In this document: piece after piece, positions 31,468 through 45,526 of the stretch
Numbering within the stretch: the first letter of the stretch is position 1
Layout: every line of letters begins with the position of its first letter
Source of the DNA: Blastocystis sp. Blastoise
Lineage: Eukaryota; Protista; Bigyra: Opalinata
Assembly: GCA_039096225.1 (NCBI GenBank)
Contig: JBBPEB010000026.1
Coordinates: 372,001 to 436,000, forward strand
DNA: 64,000 bases
Direction: 5' to 3'
Made by a program: the position numbers and the translations under genes
The notes under the pieces: generated by a model
What the model was told of the DNA's origin: nothing
The model's database searches: none
The model's input: only the letters and a program-made list of their open reading frames with translations

Positions 31468-31772
31468 AAAAATACAATATAATCAATATATATTCTAAAT
31501 AAAATTTTGTTTTGATATTCATTCCTGAAAGCAAAAAAACACATTATTCCTTATTTATAGAATATATATACAGATATATTTTTTAAACATAAGAAAAATG
31601 ACTGATTAGATAATCAGTTTTAATGTCACAGATATTGTGTAGCTCAACGAAAAACAACTAAAACTAGATGATGCATGTAATATCTTAAAAAATACTTAAA
31701 ACAATTCATTTTCAACAACAAAAAATAATATGAAAAAAAATTCAAAATTTTTTCTAAAAGCAAAGTAATAGC

Positions 31773-32450
31773 ATGTCTTTAATCGATCAAAGTGGTGATA
31801 TACGTTACCTAATAGATACAGTGAATAATATTAGTAAATCTATTTTGAAATATGACAAAAAGTCAGATCTATTGGACTCGTTAGAATCATCAGTATTAGA
31901 GATAGCAAAAATTGATAGACAAACTTCCTTCCAAATGAAAGCAGATCGAGAAGTTAAATCAATATATTCTGAATCTAATGTATGCTAGTTTTATTAGCAG
32001 TCTATGTTATATAGGAAAAAGAGATTCACTATAAGGACCTAGTTGAGAATGAAGTTAATTCTCAAATTCCTGAGAATTTTGATTATAAAAATAGTATTAT
32101 TTATAAAGAGTTCTCTAAATTAAGGAAACCAAATGTTACACAAATGGATGACGAACTTATGATATTGGAAGATAACTCTACAAAATCTATGTTATGTCCT
32201 ATTACAAAAGAAATTATGGTTCAACCGTTAAAAAATACGACTTGTGGTCATACATATAGTAAAGAAGGTATATTAGCATTATTAGGAAGAAATGGAGCTG
32301 TTCCATGTCCTGTTGCAGCTTGTAAGAGTGTTGTTACAAAACAAACATTAGTACCTGATGAAGAAATGGAAGAATTAATTGTAAGTAATTTTTTTTTGAT
32401 ATAATATATTATTTATACTATCTTTTCAATAGGCTTCAAGACAATTATAA
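31773..32450 (+). CDS. NSE2: SUMO E3 ligase NSE2/MMS21 (SP-RING)
   Basis: DDELMILE..SMLCPIT..MVQPLKNTTCGHTYSKEGI..CPVAAC; 2 canonical introns. Confidence 0.85.
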
Positions 32451-32566
32451 AGTATTAAAAAATTCGCATATTTTTGTTTTGTTTATTAATTATTCTAAAA
32501 ACTTAATATTGCTTTAAAATGAAGAACAAAACGAATTATATAAATTAATCAGAGTTACCAATTAAT

Positions 32567-33134
<568 letters not shown>

Positions 33135-33384
33135 CGTCGGTCCTTAAACATATAAACACTCATTCAATATCAATTCATACCTTAAACAACACAGTGGATC
33201 AAATTAATGTTTAAAAAGTCTCTGTGACTTTTAATAGAAAAAAGTGTAAGTGTCAATTTTAATTTTGTTTTTTCATAAGAAAATATTGTTTTCATGAATA
33301 TAAAACAAGAAAATGAGAAATATTCAGGGTTCTTTCTTATTATTAAGATCAACACTTGCTCTTCAAAACAATTTTTATCTTTTG

Positions 33385-33458
33385 ATTGGCTGAAAAACTC
33401 AAGTTGTGGTCTTTATTAATTGCCTCTTTTTTGTTGGAGTCTTATTCATACAGCCAAT
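33385..33458. promoter_or_regulatory. Bidirectional promoter between RPS27A and RPL13 with two oppositely oriented CCAAT boxes
   Basis: ATTGGCTG at 33385-33392 and its exact reverse complement CAGCCAAT at 33451-33458, in the ~510 bp head-to-head spacer. Confidence 0.45.
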
Positions 33459-33644
33459 AAAATGTGATGTTTATTATGGTCTTTATTTACCCTTATGGTT
33501 TTTTTGATATGTGGCTTTCGGCCATCTTATAAATTTTGCACAAAATATTTGTCTATATTTCTGTTGTATACAAGTATGTATTTTGATGCTTTCCTATTTT
33601 AAACATGTTTATTTACCTTACTGATTCTGTTTAATTGATAGAAA

Positions 33645-34736
33645 ATGGTTAAGCATAACAACGTTTTAGTAAATGCTCACTTCCACAAGGATTGGCAAAA
33701 TCGTGTGAAGACCTGGTTCAACCAACCTGCTAAGGCTGCTGCTCGTAAGCTCCACCGTAAGCAAGTTGCTTCTCTCATCGCTCCCAGACCTGCTGCTGGT
33801 TTATTAAGACCTATTGTCCGTTGTCCTACTCAAAAGTACAACATGAAGACCAGATTAGGTCGTGGTTTCACCTTCGCTGAACTTAGAGTATGTTTTTTCT
33901 CATTTATTTTTTTATTTAAAAAAGACATTTTAAATAAGTTTCGAATATTTTTATGAAAATACTGTTTCTTATTGACAAACTTATATTTTTTTAAATATTT
34001 ATAGGCTGCTAAGATCAACCCCAAGGAAGCTCGTTCTATTGGTATTGCTGTTGATCACAAGCGTGATAACAAGAGTGTATATGTTTATTTATATTTTTAT
34101 TATTATGGTTTTCAAATATATTTTTTCCTGTTTTTTTCATTTTCATAATTTTATATAATTGTTGACAAGCTAAGAGATGATACTATATTCTTCTTGAATG
34201 ATTTTCAAACACTCAAATTAATACTATTATTATTATTTTTAATATGTTTAGGTTGAAGGTTTCCAAGCTAATGTCGATAGATTAAACGCTTACAAGAGCA
34301 AACTTATTCTCTTCCCCAAGAAATACTGTACATATATATAGAATACGTTGTATGTTTATTATACTTTTGAGTATTCTTCATTTTTCAAATGTGTGTTTTT
34401 ATTATATTTTTATGTCCTTTTCTTCTTTATATTATATATGTTTCTATTCATCTAAAAATACTTTTTAAAAATTTCCTTATATATAATAATTATTATATGT
34501 GTGTATACTGTACTCCTAAGAACGGTGAAGCTACTGCTGAAGAATGTAAGGCTGCCAAACAAGTCATTGGTGAAATCTTACCTATTGAAAAGTCTGCTTC
34601 TAAGGTCGAAGTTGTCGAAATTCCTAAAGTCCGTGCTTACATGGGTCTTAAACAAGCTCGTGCTGATGCTCGTCATGTCGGTCATCGTGCTGCTAGAGCC
34701 GCTGCTCTTGCTGAAAAAGCCAACGAAACCAACTAA
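33645..34736 (+). CDS. RPL13: 60S ribosomal protein L13 (eL13)
   Basis: [73 protein letters not shown]; the last intron lacks AG at the required site. Confidence 0.97.
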
Positions 34737-35103
34737 ACACATTATTCATTTTACAACAGATTTGGGCAATAATTAGTTTGTTTTGTTATATATTTTTTTT
34801 TTGACTATTGAAAAAAAGAGTTTTTGTAAATATTAATTATTCATTAGTAATATATAAAAAATGATAATATTCAATCAATTTGAAAAGAAACAAAAATCCC
34901 ACCTATTTTTCGTCCTTAATAAATTCCCACCTTTTTTTCCAGGAATAACAAATGGGAAACACTTCTTATCTTTTTTTGGGGCAATTTGAAACCATCTTCT
35001 TTTTTGAATTTTAGGGTTTTATTTAGCTTTTTGAAGTTATCCGTATTCATTAAACTATATTAAATCAATTCTTGGTTTATTGGCTACTAGAAATTTAAAA
35101 ATC

Positions 35104-37530
35104 ATGAGTAAAACTATCGTATGTGAATAGTGTCACTCTAATCCTATTTTCTTATTGTTACTCAATGATATTTCTATCGATATCTTTTCTATCTAGGGTC
35201 TGGAAACACCAAGACTATCTTCTCAGTCTGTAGATAAAATGATGGACAATACATCTTGTACATTATCTTTTATTATAAATCATTATTGCTTTGATGATCT
35301 ATATATGCATTATCTTTATCTATAATTCAATTAATATAGACACTCCTTCAACAAAATTATTTGCAACTCCACAAATTGATGCGATTGTATTCATTATATC
35401 ATTGCTTTTCTATATATTTGATATGTTATATAGCTAGATATGAGTAAATCCATTAAGAAAAATGAAACATTAGAAACTTGGTATGGGTTTTGGTCTGATC
35501 GAATTGAACACAGTACAAAAGACACTTTTCTTGATGTATATATATATTAGTTGAATATAATTATAAGAGTTTATAAATGAATTCTTTTATTTTCTATTAA
35601 AAATTTGTTTATTGTTAATATATAGTCAATCAAAGAAATTATCAATTTAAAAGTACGTCAGACAATGTATAAAGACGCGTCATATATTGTTCACCATGCA
35701 GTAGAACGATTGAATGTCAAAAAGGAAGTAATTAAGTATGCTATTTATATATTCTATAAGTAAATTATTATTATTATTGTTATATATATATGTATTGTTA
35801 GTTTTAATAGTATTATTCTATATGAATCAAAAGTAACTTTTATGTTTATTTAGTTTCTTTCATCATATGATTTGTTTTATTTTTATATTCTATATATTAA
35901 TATATATAAATAGACCTACATTAGTGTTTTATGAATATATGATGGAATCCATTGTCGTTGAAGAACATTCTAAATTAACTCCAGAAAATCTAAATGCACT
36001 TATCGGAATGAAACCATTCCAAAATGCTACTTTATTATGCTGGTATTTTTTATTATTATTTTTATTATTATATTTATTATTATATTTATTATTATATTTA
36101 TGATATGTTTATTATTATATTTATTATTATATTTATTATTATGTTTATTATATTTATTATATTTATTATTATGCTTATTATTTTTATTATTATATTTATT
36201 ATTATTATATTTATTATTATTATTATTAATCATATAATTATATTAATATACACGTTAACTTTAATACTATTAATATAGTTTCTGTACATCATTATTATGT
36301 TTGTCTCAGACAATCCCGCCATTGAATTCCCTCCTTTATGTATTCACCATTCAAGCTTATGATCTCCATAGAGTCACAGAAACATTCATTTCCCTCCTTA
36401 CCAACTTTAAACCACACACACTTCCCGCTGAATTATTCACTTATTTTAATAATGTATATTATTATAATTAAAGTTATCATTATTAGTATACTTATTATTA
36501 TTATATTTTTTATTATACTTATTTCTATATACAGGTAATGGAAGCATGTGTTGAAGAACTCTGTTGGACTTCAGAGTCACGTGTTTGGGAGTATCTTATT
36601 CAAGAAAAGAATTCTCAATCTCAAGGTATATATACATATATCATTATATCATTACTTATATATATATAGATGACAAAGATGATGAAAAAAAGTCTAAAGT
36701 ATAATAATTTATATATATTTTTTTACTTATATATATAGAGTCATCATGTTCCACGTGCTATAGAAATTCTAATTCGTCATTTATTATATTTATCTCTGAC
36801 ACGTCTTCAAGCCATCGTGACGCGTCTTCATATCCTTAATGACCAACGTACTATTCTTCATGCTGATGTATATAGAAATACTCTATATAATTATATATTA
36901 CTATTAATAATAATAAATACTCTATATAATTATATATTACTATTAATAATAATAAATACTCTATATAATTATATATTACTATTAATAATAATAAATACTC
37001 TATATAACTATATATTACTATTAATAATAATAAATACTCTATATAATTATATATTACTGTTAACAATAATAAATACTCTATATAACTATATATTACTATT
37101 AATAATACTTAATACTCTATATAATTATATATTACTGTTAACAATAATAAATACTCTATATAATTATATATTACTATTAATAATACTAAATACTCTATAT
37201 AATTATATATTACTATTAATAATACTAAATACTCTATATAATTATATATTACTATTAATAATAATAAATACTATATATATATATATATAGTCGTGGTCCT
37301 TATTACGTAGTATATTACATGGATCTATTTCCCTCCTTGAAGCCCGCCATCTAGACACTATCATTCTCTCTACTATTTACGCGGCATCCAAAGCCCGCCG
37401 AATTGCCCTCTCCTTCAAGGAATTACTTGCCGCTTATCAGGAGTTATATCCTCAAAAACTAGATCAGGTATATATATATATATATATATTCATGTGTATG
37501 TTTTAAACATTTTTTCATAAATTAATTTCC

Positions 37531-37576
<46 letters not shown>

Positions 37577-38300
37577 TTAAGTTTCATGTTTCTCTTCGTC
37601 CATTACGTACGACTTGTCAGAATGACGCATCCTCCGTAGATGTTCCTGATGGTAACATAATAGCGTTCTATAACAATGTATTTATGCAGGCGGCTTGTTC
37701 CCAACTGGTCACTTATCAAGAAGAACTAGTCAGAAGCACCAGCGTTCTAGATATCCTTATATATATTATTATTATTATTATGTTTATTATTATTATTATT
37801 ATGTTTATTATTATTATTATAACTTAACCAATCACGTAGTGTCTCTCAAAAAGATCCCGTTGTTCCCCGCGGGAATCAGTCTTCCACTACTCTAGTCTGT
37901 GATTCCCCATCGATATTTAAAGAGGCTCAAGGCGTTATTCGCAGTATTTCCACCGGACGATCCATAGAAGGACCTATATTGTCACCATTACCCTCTCTCC
38001 CTACATTTGTGCCTACAATAATTCCTACTACTTCTCCTCTCCCCGCGATTATTTCTCCCTCTATTGCTGTATCTTCTTCAACTACATCGAGTGCCTCCAT
38101 AGTGTTTAAACAACAACCACCAAAGAATGAAGATTCCAAAACTATTAATACCACAACGTATATTTATATTTATATATTTGTATTTATATATATAGCAGTG
38201 TGAAGAGACCAGCACCTGAAACAAATCAAGAAAGTATATAATTATAATAATAAATATACTATTAAACCTATTCTTTGTAGCAAAGAAATCCTCAAATTAA
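35104..38300 (+). CDS. Retinoblastoma-related pocket protein (pockets A and B), ~15 exons
   Basis: Pocket A: FYEYMMESIVVEE..L, FQNATLLCC, AYDLHRVTETFI, VEELCWTSESRVW. Pocket B: RHLDTIILSTIYAASK, SFKELLAAYQ, NIIAFYNNVF. Confidence 0.88.
36868..37290 (+). repeat. Intronic minisatellite, 39 bp unit (aaatactctatataattatatattactattaataataat) x~10
   Basis: Near-perfect tandem array filling an intron of the Rb-like gene. Confidence 0.9.
37751..37835 (+). other. U12-type (minor spliceosome) AT-AC intron, 85 nt
   Basis: 5' ATATCCTTA, branch CTTAAC at 37823-37828, 3' CAC. Removal joins CTA G|GT AGT in frame with the downstream Ser/Pro-rich exon (ORF at 37979). Confidence 0.9.
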
Positions 38301-39063
38301 TTGAAATACTCTACATATGTCGTGTGTTATTTTCCAGTAGTACTCAAATTACTTTTTCATCGTTTTATCCTCGTGTTTCTTCATAGTATTTTGCCACAAA
38401 CTTTTCTTTTATTTACACTCTCTTTTTCAATTTTTTTATTCTGTTTATTCTATGTGTAATACTCCTTTTTGTTATCTCTTATCCCTCTTGTTGGTTTTTA
38501 TAATAATAGAAGTATATGAATGATTGATATTTAATATATATAATATGATAAAAAGAGAATATGAAAAAATTGTTATTAGAATATATATATATATAATTAT
38601 AAAAAGAAGAATAATAAAAAATATGTATTAAAAATATATCTTTATTAGAATAAACTAAATAAACAAAAAAATAGAATAATAAATAAACAATAAATATATT
38701 TTTATAAAAGAATAAAAAAGATGAAAAAACATAATATATGATTGTTTCAACAAAATAATATATATATGCATAAAGAATAGAATGTGAAATAATAAAAATG
38801 ATAATTTAATATATGAAAAATTATATTATAAATGATTCTGTATTTCATAGTGTATACTATTTCATATATCTTCTATATGTATGAGTTAAGTATTCATTGT
38901 AAAGTGTTGGAAGAAAAAAAGATAAATATTAGAAAAGAAGAAAATGAAATTATAAAAAAAATATTAAAATATAAAAAATATTAAAAAAATAAGAATAACA
39001 ATAAAATAAAAGAAATAAGATGAAATATAAATAATAATAATAAAATTAAAATAAATAAAAATA

Positions 39064-39137
39064 CTCTCCCAGACGGGATTGAACCGTCGACCTCCCGGTT
39101 AACAGCCGGATGCTCTAACCAGCTGAGCTATGGAAGA
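39064..39137 (-). tRNA. tRNA-Asn (GTT)
   Basis: Reverse complement TCTTCCATAGCTCAGCTGGTTAGAGCATCCGGCTGTTAACCGGGAGGTCGACGGTTCAATCCCGTCTGGGAGAG: 7-bp acceptor stem, D loop, CCGG-CTGTTAA-CCGG anticodon arm, TTCAA T loop. Confidence 0.95.
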
Positions 39138-40931
39138 TTTATATTTGTTTATTCGTTATTCATGCATTTCACAATACATTATCACAATTTACATTACAAA
39201 ATAATTATAAAACAGAAAAATAACATAAAACAAGAACAAACAAAGATGAATATTCGTTAAGTATATTAATATCCATAAAAGTGCATTTATTTTTATAAAA
39301 TTTAGTTTTGTGTATGTAAATGAAAATTATTATTATATACATAATATTAATTTATTTTGTCAACAATTCAATTATAAAACTATTCATTTTTGTTTAGCAT
39401 ATAGTTTATTTATTTACTGTGAGATAATAAATGAACCTAAATATTAGAAATACTATTTTTTTTATAGATAATTTGTTATGTAAATTGGAATTCATTTATA
39501 AAAGAATTATATTTTTTGAAAAATATATCTCTTCATTTCATATAATAAACTTATTAATGAAGACATTAAAATCAAATCAACTGGAGTTTTTTTATTAGTG
39601 TAGATTCACTGCGAACTTTTGTTTATAACATATTGTATGCTAATAATGTATCATTTCTATATCTACAATTGATTAAATAATAAATTATTCTATTATTGTT
39701 TAAATATATTATATAGTAATAAGAAAAATAATGTAGTATAAAAAACCAAATAAAAAGAATCTATATTGTATTAATACTTCAACAATTATAAACTTTAGTC
39801 ATTCAATATATTAATCAATCATGTACCAAAAAGAACATTATTCTTATATTTATAATCAATTTATTCATTTTAATATATATATAATTTATTTATATACATT
39901 ATTAGACAATTAGGACAACAACTTTTTTCTTATAATACAATATCACTATATCTATTATCATCAAAAATAGTATGTTTTTCTTTCTGTTAAACAATTCATA
40001 TAATTATTTGTTTTCCATCAAAAGCACTAAAGCAAGAAATTATAAGCTTATTAAAAGAATCATCACTTCTTAAAATATTCACCAATAACAATATAATAAT
40101 AATTATACATTATATTTAATACTATTACTCAAGAATTCTATACCAATTCATAATATATCTTAAACTAATACTTATCCAGAAAATATACTAATACTATATA
40201 ATATTGATATATAAGAAGCAAACAATTCTAGGCATATCTATGATTAGTCTGAATAAATAGCCAACTCTGAGATGAAAACAAATTATTTATATATAATTAA
40301 GCTATAGGTCGTTTTATTCTGTTCATACTAATTCTTAATAATGAAATAACCCAGAAGGAAACTTCCATCGAAGCTGAATTGACAATAATCTAACCTTAGA
40401 ATACTTACATAAAATAGAATTCGATACATTATGTTCCCCAGGTTACTTTGGTTTTATCTACGATTCATAATTTATTCAAAACATAATAATTCAAATTAAA
40501 TTTTCATTTTATATATATTTATTCTTTTAAACCTGGATCATGCATCCTGTAAAAAATCACAAATAATTAAAAGCATGATGTGAAACCAAAGAGTAGCTGT
40601 TTCTGTAGATATACACAAAATAAAGTAATCAGGTTTAGATCAGACTCATTGAAAGTCGGTATTTATAATAAACAGCCTATAAATTCAGTCTTTGATTTCC
40701 TTTAACCAATAATATTTCTGGAGTTCAGCGGTTTTCAAATCAGATCAGATTCTATTTGAAGGCGGAACTTTATTAAGAAAGGAAAGACTTCAGTTTATCT
40801 TTTTTTTTCTTTATTACAAGTTTTTTCGTGTTAGAGTTTTTTATTAATAGTGATTCAGTTTCATATCTTTGTTTATTCTATTTTTAAATTTCTTGTTATA
40901 AAACTCCAAAACCAAATAAAAACCTACTTTT

Positions 40932-41448
40932 ATGGCTACAATTACTGAAATATATGATGCTATTAAAGATGCACTAAATGTATGTTATTCTATGATGATA
41001 TCATTATAATTTCTCTTCATAAATTGATTCCAATATTATGATAAATCTTGTATATTGTTTTTTTATAGGGTAATGTAAATAAACTTCATGTATGTTGTAG
41101 AAAAGGATGCTCAAGTAGTCTTAGATCTCAAGTGTGGATTAAGTGCATTCCTGAATGTAATATTTCTCCAAATTTGGATAAAGATTTGCGAGATTATAAT
41201 ATATCAATGGAAACTATTCTTCGTAATACTGAGATTGATTATAGTCATTTTCCTTTATTTGGAGGGAGAGGTGTCTGGTTTGAGCATATCATGATGGATG
41301 AAGAAAAAAAGAAAGCTTGTGTTCGTATATTATATTTGGTTCATGAAACAAATTATATTACTTATGCCCCTCAACTTTTTGATCTAATTTGTATCCTTTT
41401 ACTCTATGTTCCTGAATGTAGAGTCTATAAAGTATATATGTTATATTA

Positions 41449-41479
<31 letters not shown>

Positions 41480-42068
41480 CTAAGTTATTTTTATATCTAT
41501 TATATTTATATTTATAATTATAATTATTATATCGAATTGGCACAAAACTATATATATTTATATACATTTAATTATAATTATATCTATTTCCCTCCCCTTT
41601 CTTTCTAGATGGTTCAGCGAATGATAGAGATCTCTCAGAAGGACCATAAGTATTTGATTCTCTCTGAAAAGGATGACCGTGCCCTTATGACTGTCATTCA
41701 TGATTATATTCAAAAATGTATTTATTATTATATTATACAACTATATTCTATTATATATATAGATTGTTTATTTTATATTATTCTCTATATTCCTTATATA
41801 TATATATAGATAGCACTAAAACTATAAAGAACTTCTTCTCCCATTATGAAACACTTCCCGAATTGGAATTGTATTCCTCATGGATTCATCGATACTTTGA
41901 AACGTGGTTTCCTCAAGATACTGTTCTTAGAATATTCGACACATATCTTATTGATGGAATTGTCGTATATATATTGTTTTTATCTATGTTTTATAATACA
42001 CAATATATGCTTATATATATGTATATATTCTATATATTATTCTGTTAATCAATCTTATTTATCATTTT

Positions 42069-42153
<85 letters not shown>

Positions 42154-43922
42154 TATATATCAAGGAGATCTTCGCGGTTATGGACTCAATTGCTCATATT
42201 GAAGAAGACTCCAATTACCGCGATTCTATAGAAGAAACTCTACTTATTCTGAAAGCTCATGTCTTTGGCTTCTCTCCAGTTCCAGAGCAAGATACTCTAC
42301 GTAAAGCTTATGCTAAGTTCTCGTATATATATATATTATATATTATTTTTTATCACTTTTTTTATTTATTCACTCTATTCACTTCGTTTGATTACTTTAG
42401 AAATATATATAATTTATTTTTACCTCCATTGTTCTCTCTTTTATATTCATTTTATTATTTTTCTTCTGCTCTTAACACAATACCATAATCTTACATATTT
42501 CTCCATGAATGTTATAATAATAATAATAATATATATATATATCTAATTCTATATACATAGTTCTATCACTCCAAAGACCCTCTATGAGGATATTAAACAG
42601 GAAGAACAACTTCACCCTATTCATAAAACCATTTCCTCAGTCTCTCTCGCGGATATCTATAAATACCATAATATCAGGGTATATGATCATTTATTATATA
42701 TATTCTTATTGTATTCTATTCATTATATTTATTATTAATCATTGCTCTATGTATAACTATGTATTTATATATCGTTTCTCTGTATTATAGATATGGGATG
42801 GTACCCTACTGACAAATGCTTTATATGTTCCTCTGCGAGACCACCTCCCCTACAGAGTCCTCGGTAAAGATCTCAAATCGGTTTATAACTCTACTATACA
42901 CGGATATAACCTTCATTGTCTCTATAAGTATACCAATATTCTTATTTCTCCCATATATTGTCTATATATATATATATATATATATATAGATATGCTCAAG
43001 GCATATCACCATCTCTCTTTGTAGGAAAAGTATATAATTATAATAATAATAATTAATATCATTCTGTTTTATACATTTATTTACCTATATAACTTGAATA
43101 CATATATATATCATATCTTATATTTTTTTTTACCCATATACCTTTAATATATATATATAGATACAAGAGACAGGTACTATCTTTGGTATATTCCGTGAGG
43201 AGGAATGGATGCCTATCGACAGACCCAGTGGGGGACTAGATCTCCTTCTTATTCGATTCACACCACAATTCAAGTGCTGGAAAGCTAGTATAGAGAATAT
43301 ATTATACATTCATATTACATATATCGTTCCTAATAAGATTATTCTTCTCTATTCACTATTATTATTATTACTATATTTGATCTATTTATTTCTTGATACA
43401 ACTCCTCTCTAGAATCCCCACTTCCCCTACCCTCTGGGGACAGTTCCCCTACCCTCGATGACGATGAACCTTCTCCTACAGCTCTTCTTACATTAAAACA
43501 TGTATATATATATAAATATTTGTTTTTTTTTTTTTACTTCTATTCGCCACTATATTATATTATATATATATATATTCCTTCTACATTTCTCTATATATAG
43601 AAACGTTTTGTATATGTTATCAGTACAAATGCAGATATTAACGTGGGTTTAGGGTGTAACCAGGGTGTTTCCTTCTCTACAAATGATGATTTCTCTGTTG
43701 CCTCCAGTCAACGAAGTGTTGTCTTTGATAATGAACCACTGGGTATATAATATTTATTATATTTACATGAAGATTAATTTATATTTTTTCACTGTTTTAT
43801 TTCTTTATGTATTGTTTGTATCTATATCTATATTCATATTATTATCTATAGGAGATGATCTAGAATTTTTTACTTTAGAAACTGTTGAACTCTATTCCTT
43901 TGTCGAACCTGTGTCCGTTTAA
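40932..43922 (+). CDS. TBC + TLDc domain protein (TBC1D24-like), ~12 exons
   Basis: CRKGCSSSLRSQVW, YAPQLFDLICILL, VLRIFDTYLIDG; TLDc: VYNSTIHGYNLHCLY, GTIFGIF, VGLGCNQG.PSL..DDF...SSQRSVVFDNEPL, FTLETVELYSF. Confidence 0.85.
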
Positions 43923-44622
43923 ACTTCTGTTCTATTTCTATATTTGTCGAATCAATATATTTATGACATTTATATGATCTATTTGTTTTTAACTTTTTAA
44001 ATTCAATATTTCCTTTTTTGTGAGTGTATTTTATATGAATTCCTTTCTTTTACTTTTGTCAATCGTTCTTTTTTCATTGTTAGTTTTATTTTTTTTTAAT
44101 TCTTTGCTTATTAATGTCTTTTTTTTTCGCTTTTTAAAAATAAGATTTGCTATTTATTTGAATCCTGAATACATAAATGATTATTTTTCAATTTTAACTA
44201 TATTTTTTAAAATATTTTCTAAATTTGTTGTTAATTTTGTTTTATTATTCACTTTCACACAGTTTTTTTATTTATCATCCTTTCTCTTTCAATATTCTTG
44301 CAAATATTATAATCAAATAATCAATAATGAACTTCTAAAGAACGAAGAAAATTCTCATGAAACACTTTTATAGTTGTGATTATTTTTAAATGTTACTATG
44401 CTAAAGCCATTTTTTTCAAGAAAATCATATTATCATAACACATATAATTATTATCCCTTTTTCTTTAATGTATATAAATTTATTTATCATATATACCTGA
44501 TTTTTACATTTTACACATGTTTAATATTTAAACGAAACAATATATAATATGTTCTTCATGTTCATTCTCTCATTGTACTTTATTTTCTAGCGTCTACTTT
44601 ATTTTTCATAGATTAGAATATC

Positions 44623-45465
44623 ATGGATACTCCTGGCAATACTATAGAACAGATCATCAATAATCAAGATGACGATACTAATAGTTTCAAAGAATCTCCT
44701 GATTGTACAATAAGTCCAATAATATCCTCTAACGTTCAAGAGAGTAATGTTGATGATCCAAAGAGTGAAACAGGATTCAATGAACTATCTCTCGATACTT
44801 TTACTGAAAACAATAATGTTCCTATTATTGATAGTCCAAATCAATTGAATGAGTCTCAACCTTCGCAAAATAGTGCAATAGAAGACAAAACAATAGATGA
44901 AACTAAACAAGAAGAATCCACTATTTCTGCAGATACTTTAGATGAAGTATGTTTTTTTTTTCTATAATTATTATTAACAAATGTGTATTTATATGAATCT
45001 ATTGTTATTTATAATTGTATCATTTATAATGATTTCGTTAATTCCTATATTCCCCAATATAAAGGAAGAGAATAAGAATAAAGTGTTTATTGGTGGTTTA
45101 CCGCCATCTTCTAACGTAGATATGGTTAAGAAGGTTCTAGAACCATTTGGAACAATCAAGGATGTATATAATTTAAGAATACTTTTTATTTATATATAAA
45201 TTTATATTATAGGTATTTAATCTTTAAATTATATGTTTTTTCATATTTATTTAGAATATATATACATTCATTATATAATATAATACTATTCTTCTATATA
45301 CTTTCTAGATCAAGTTACTTTACGATAAATATCATAATACATGTAAAGGCTATGGTTTTGTGACTTTTCTTGATAATGAAGTATATAGTTAAAATATATA
45401 TTTTCTCTTTCTCTTTCTTTTCACCTATGCTTTAATGAGCTATATGTCTTTATGTTCTATTGTCT

Positions 45466-45526
<61 letters not shown>

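Noticed and set aside
36817-37290. ORF with 13-aa repeats (NTLYNYILLLIII); array superficially CRISPR-like
   Set aside because: It lies inside a GT-AG intron, has no unique spacers, and there are no cas genes.
40200-40800. Slightly GC-richer intergenic segment, possible small gene or ncRNA
   Set aside because: I could not build a consistent spliced ORF or a recognisable RNA structure.
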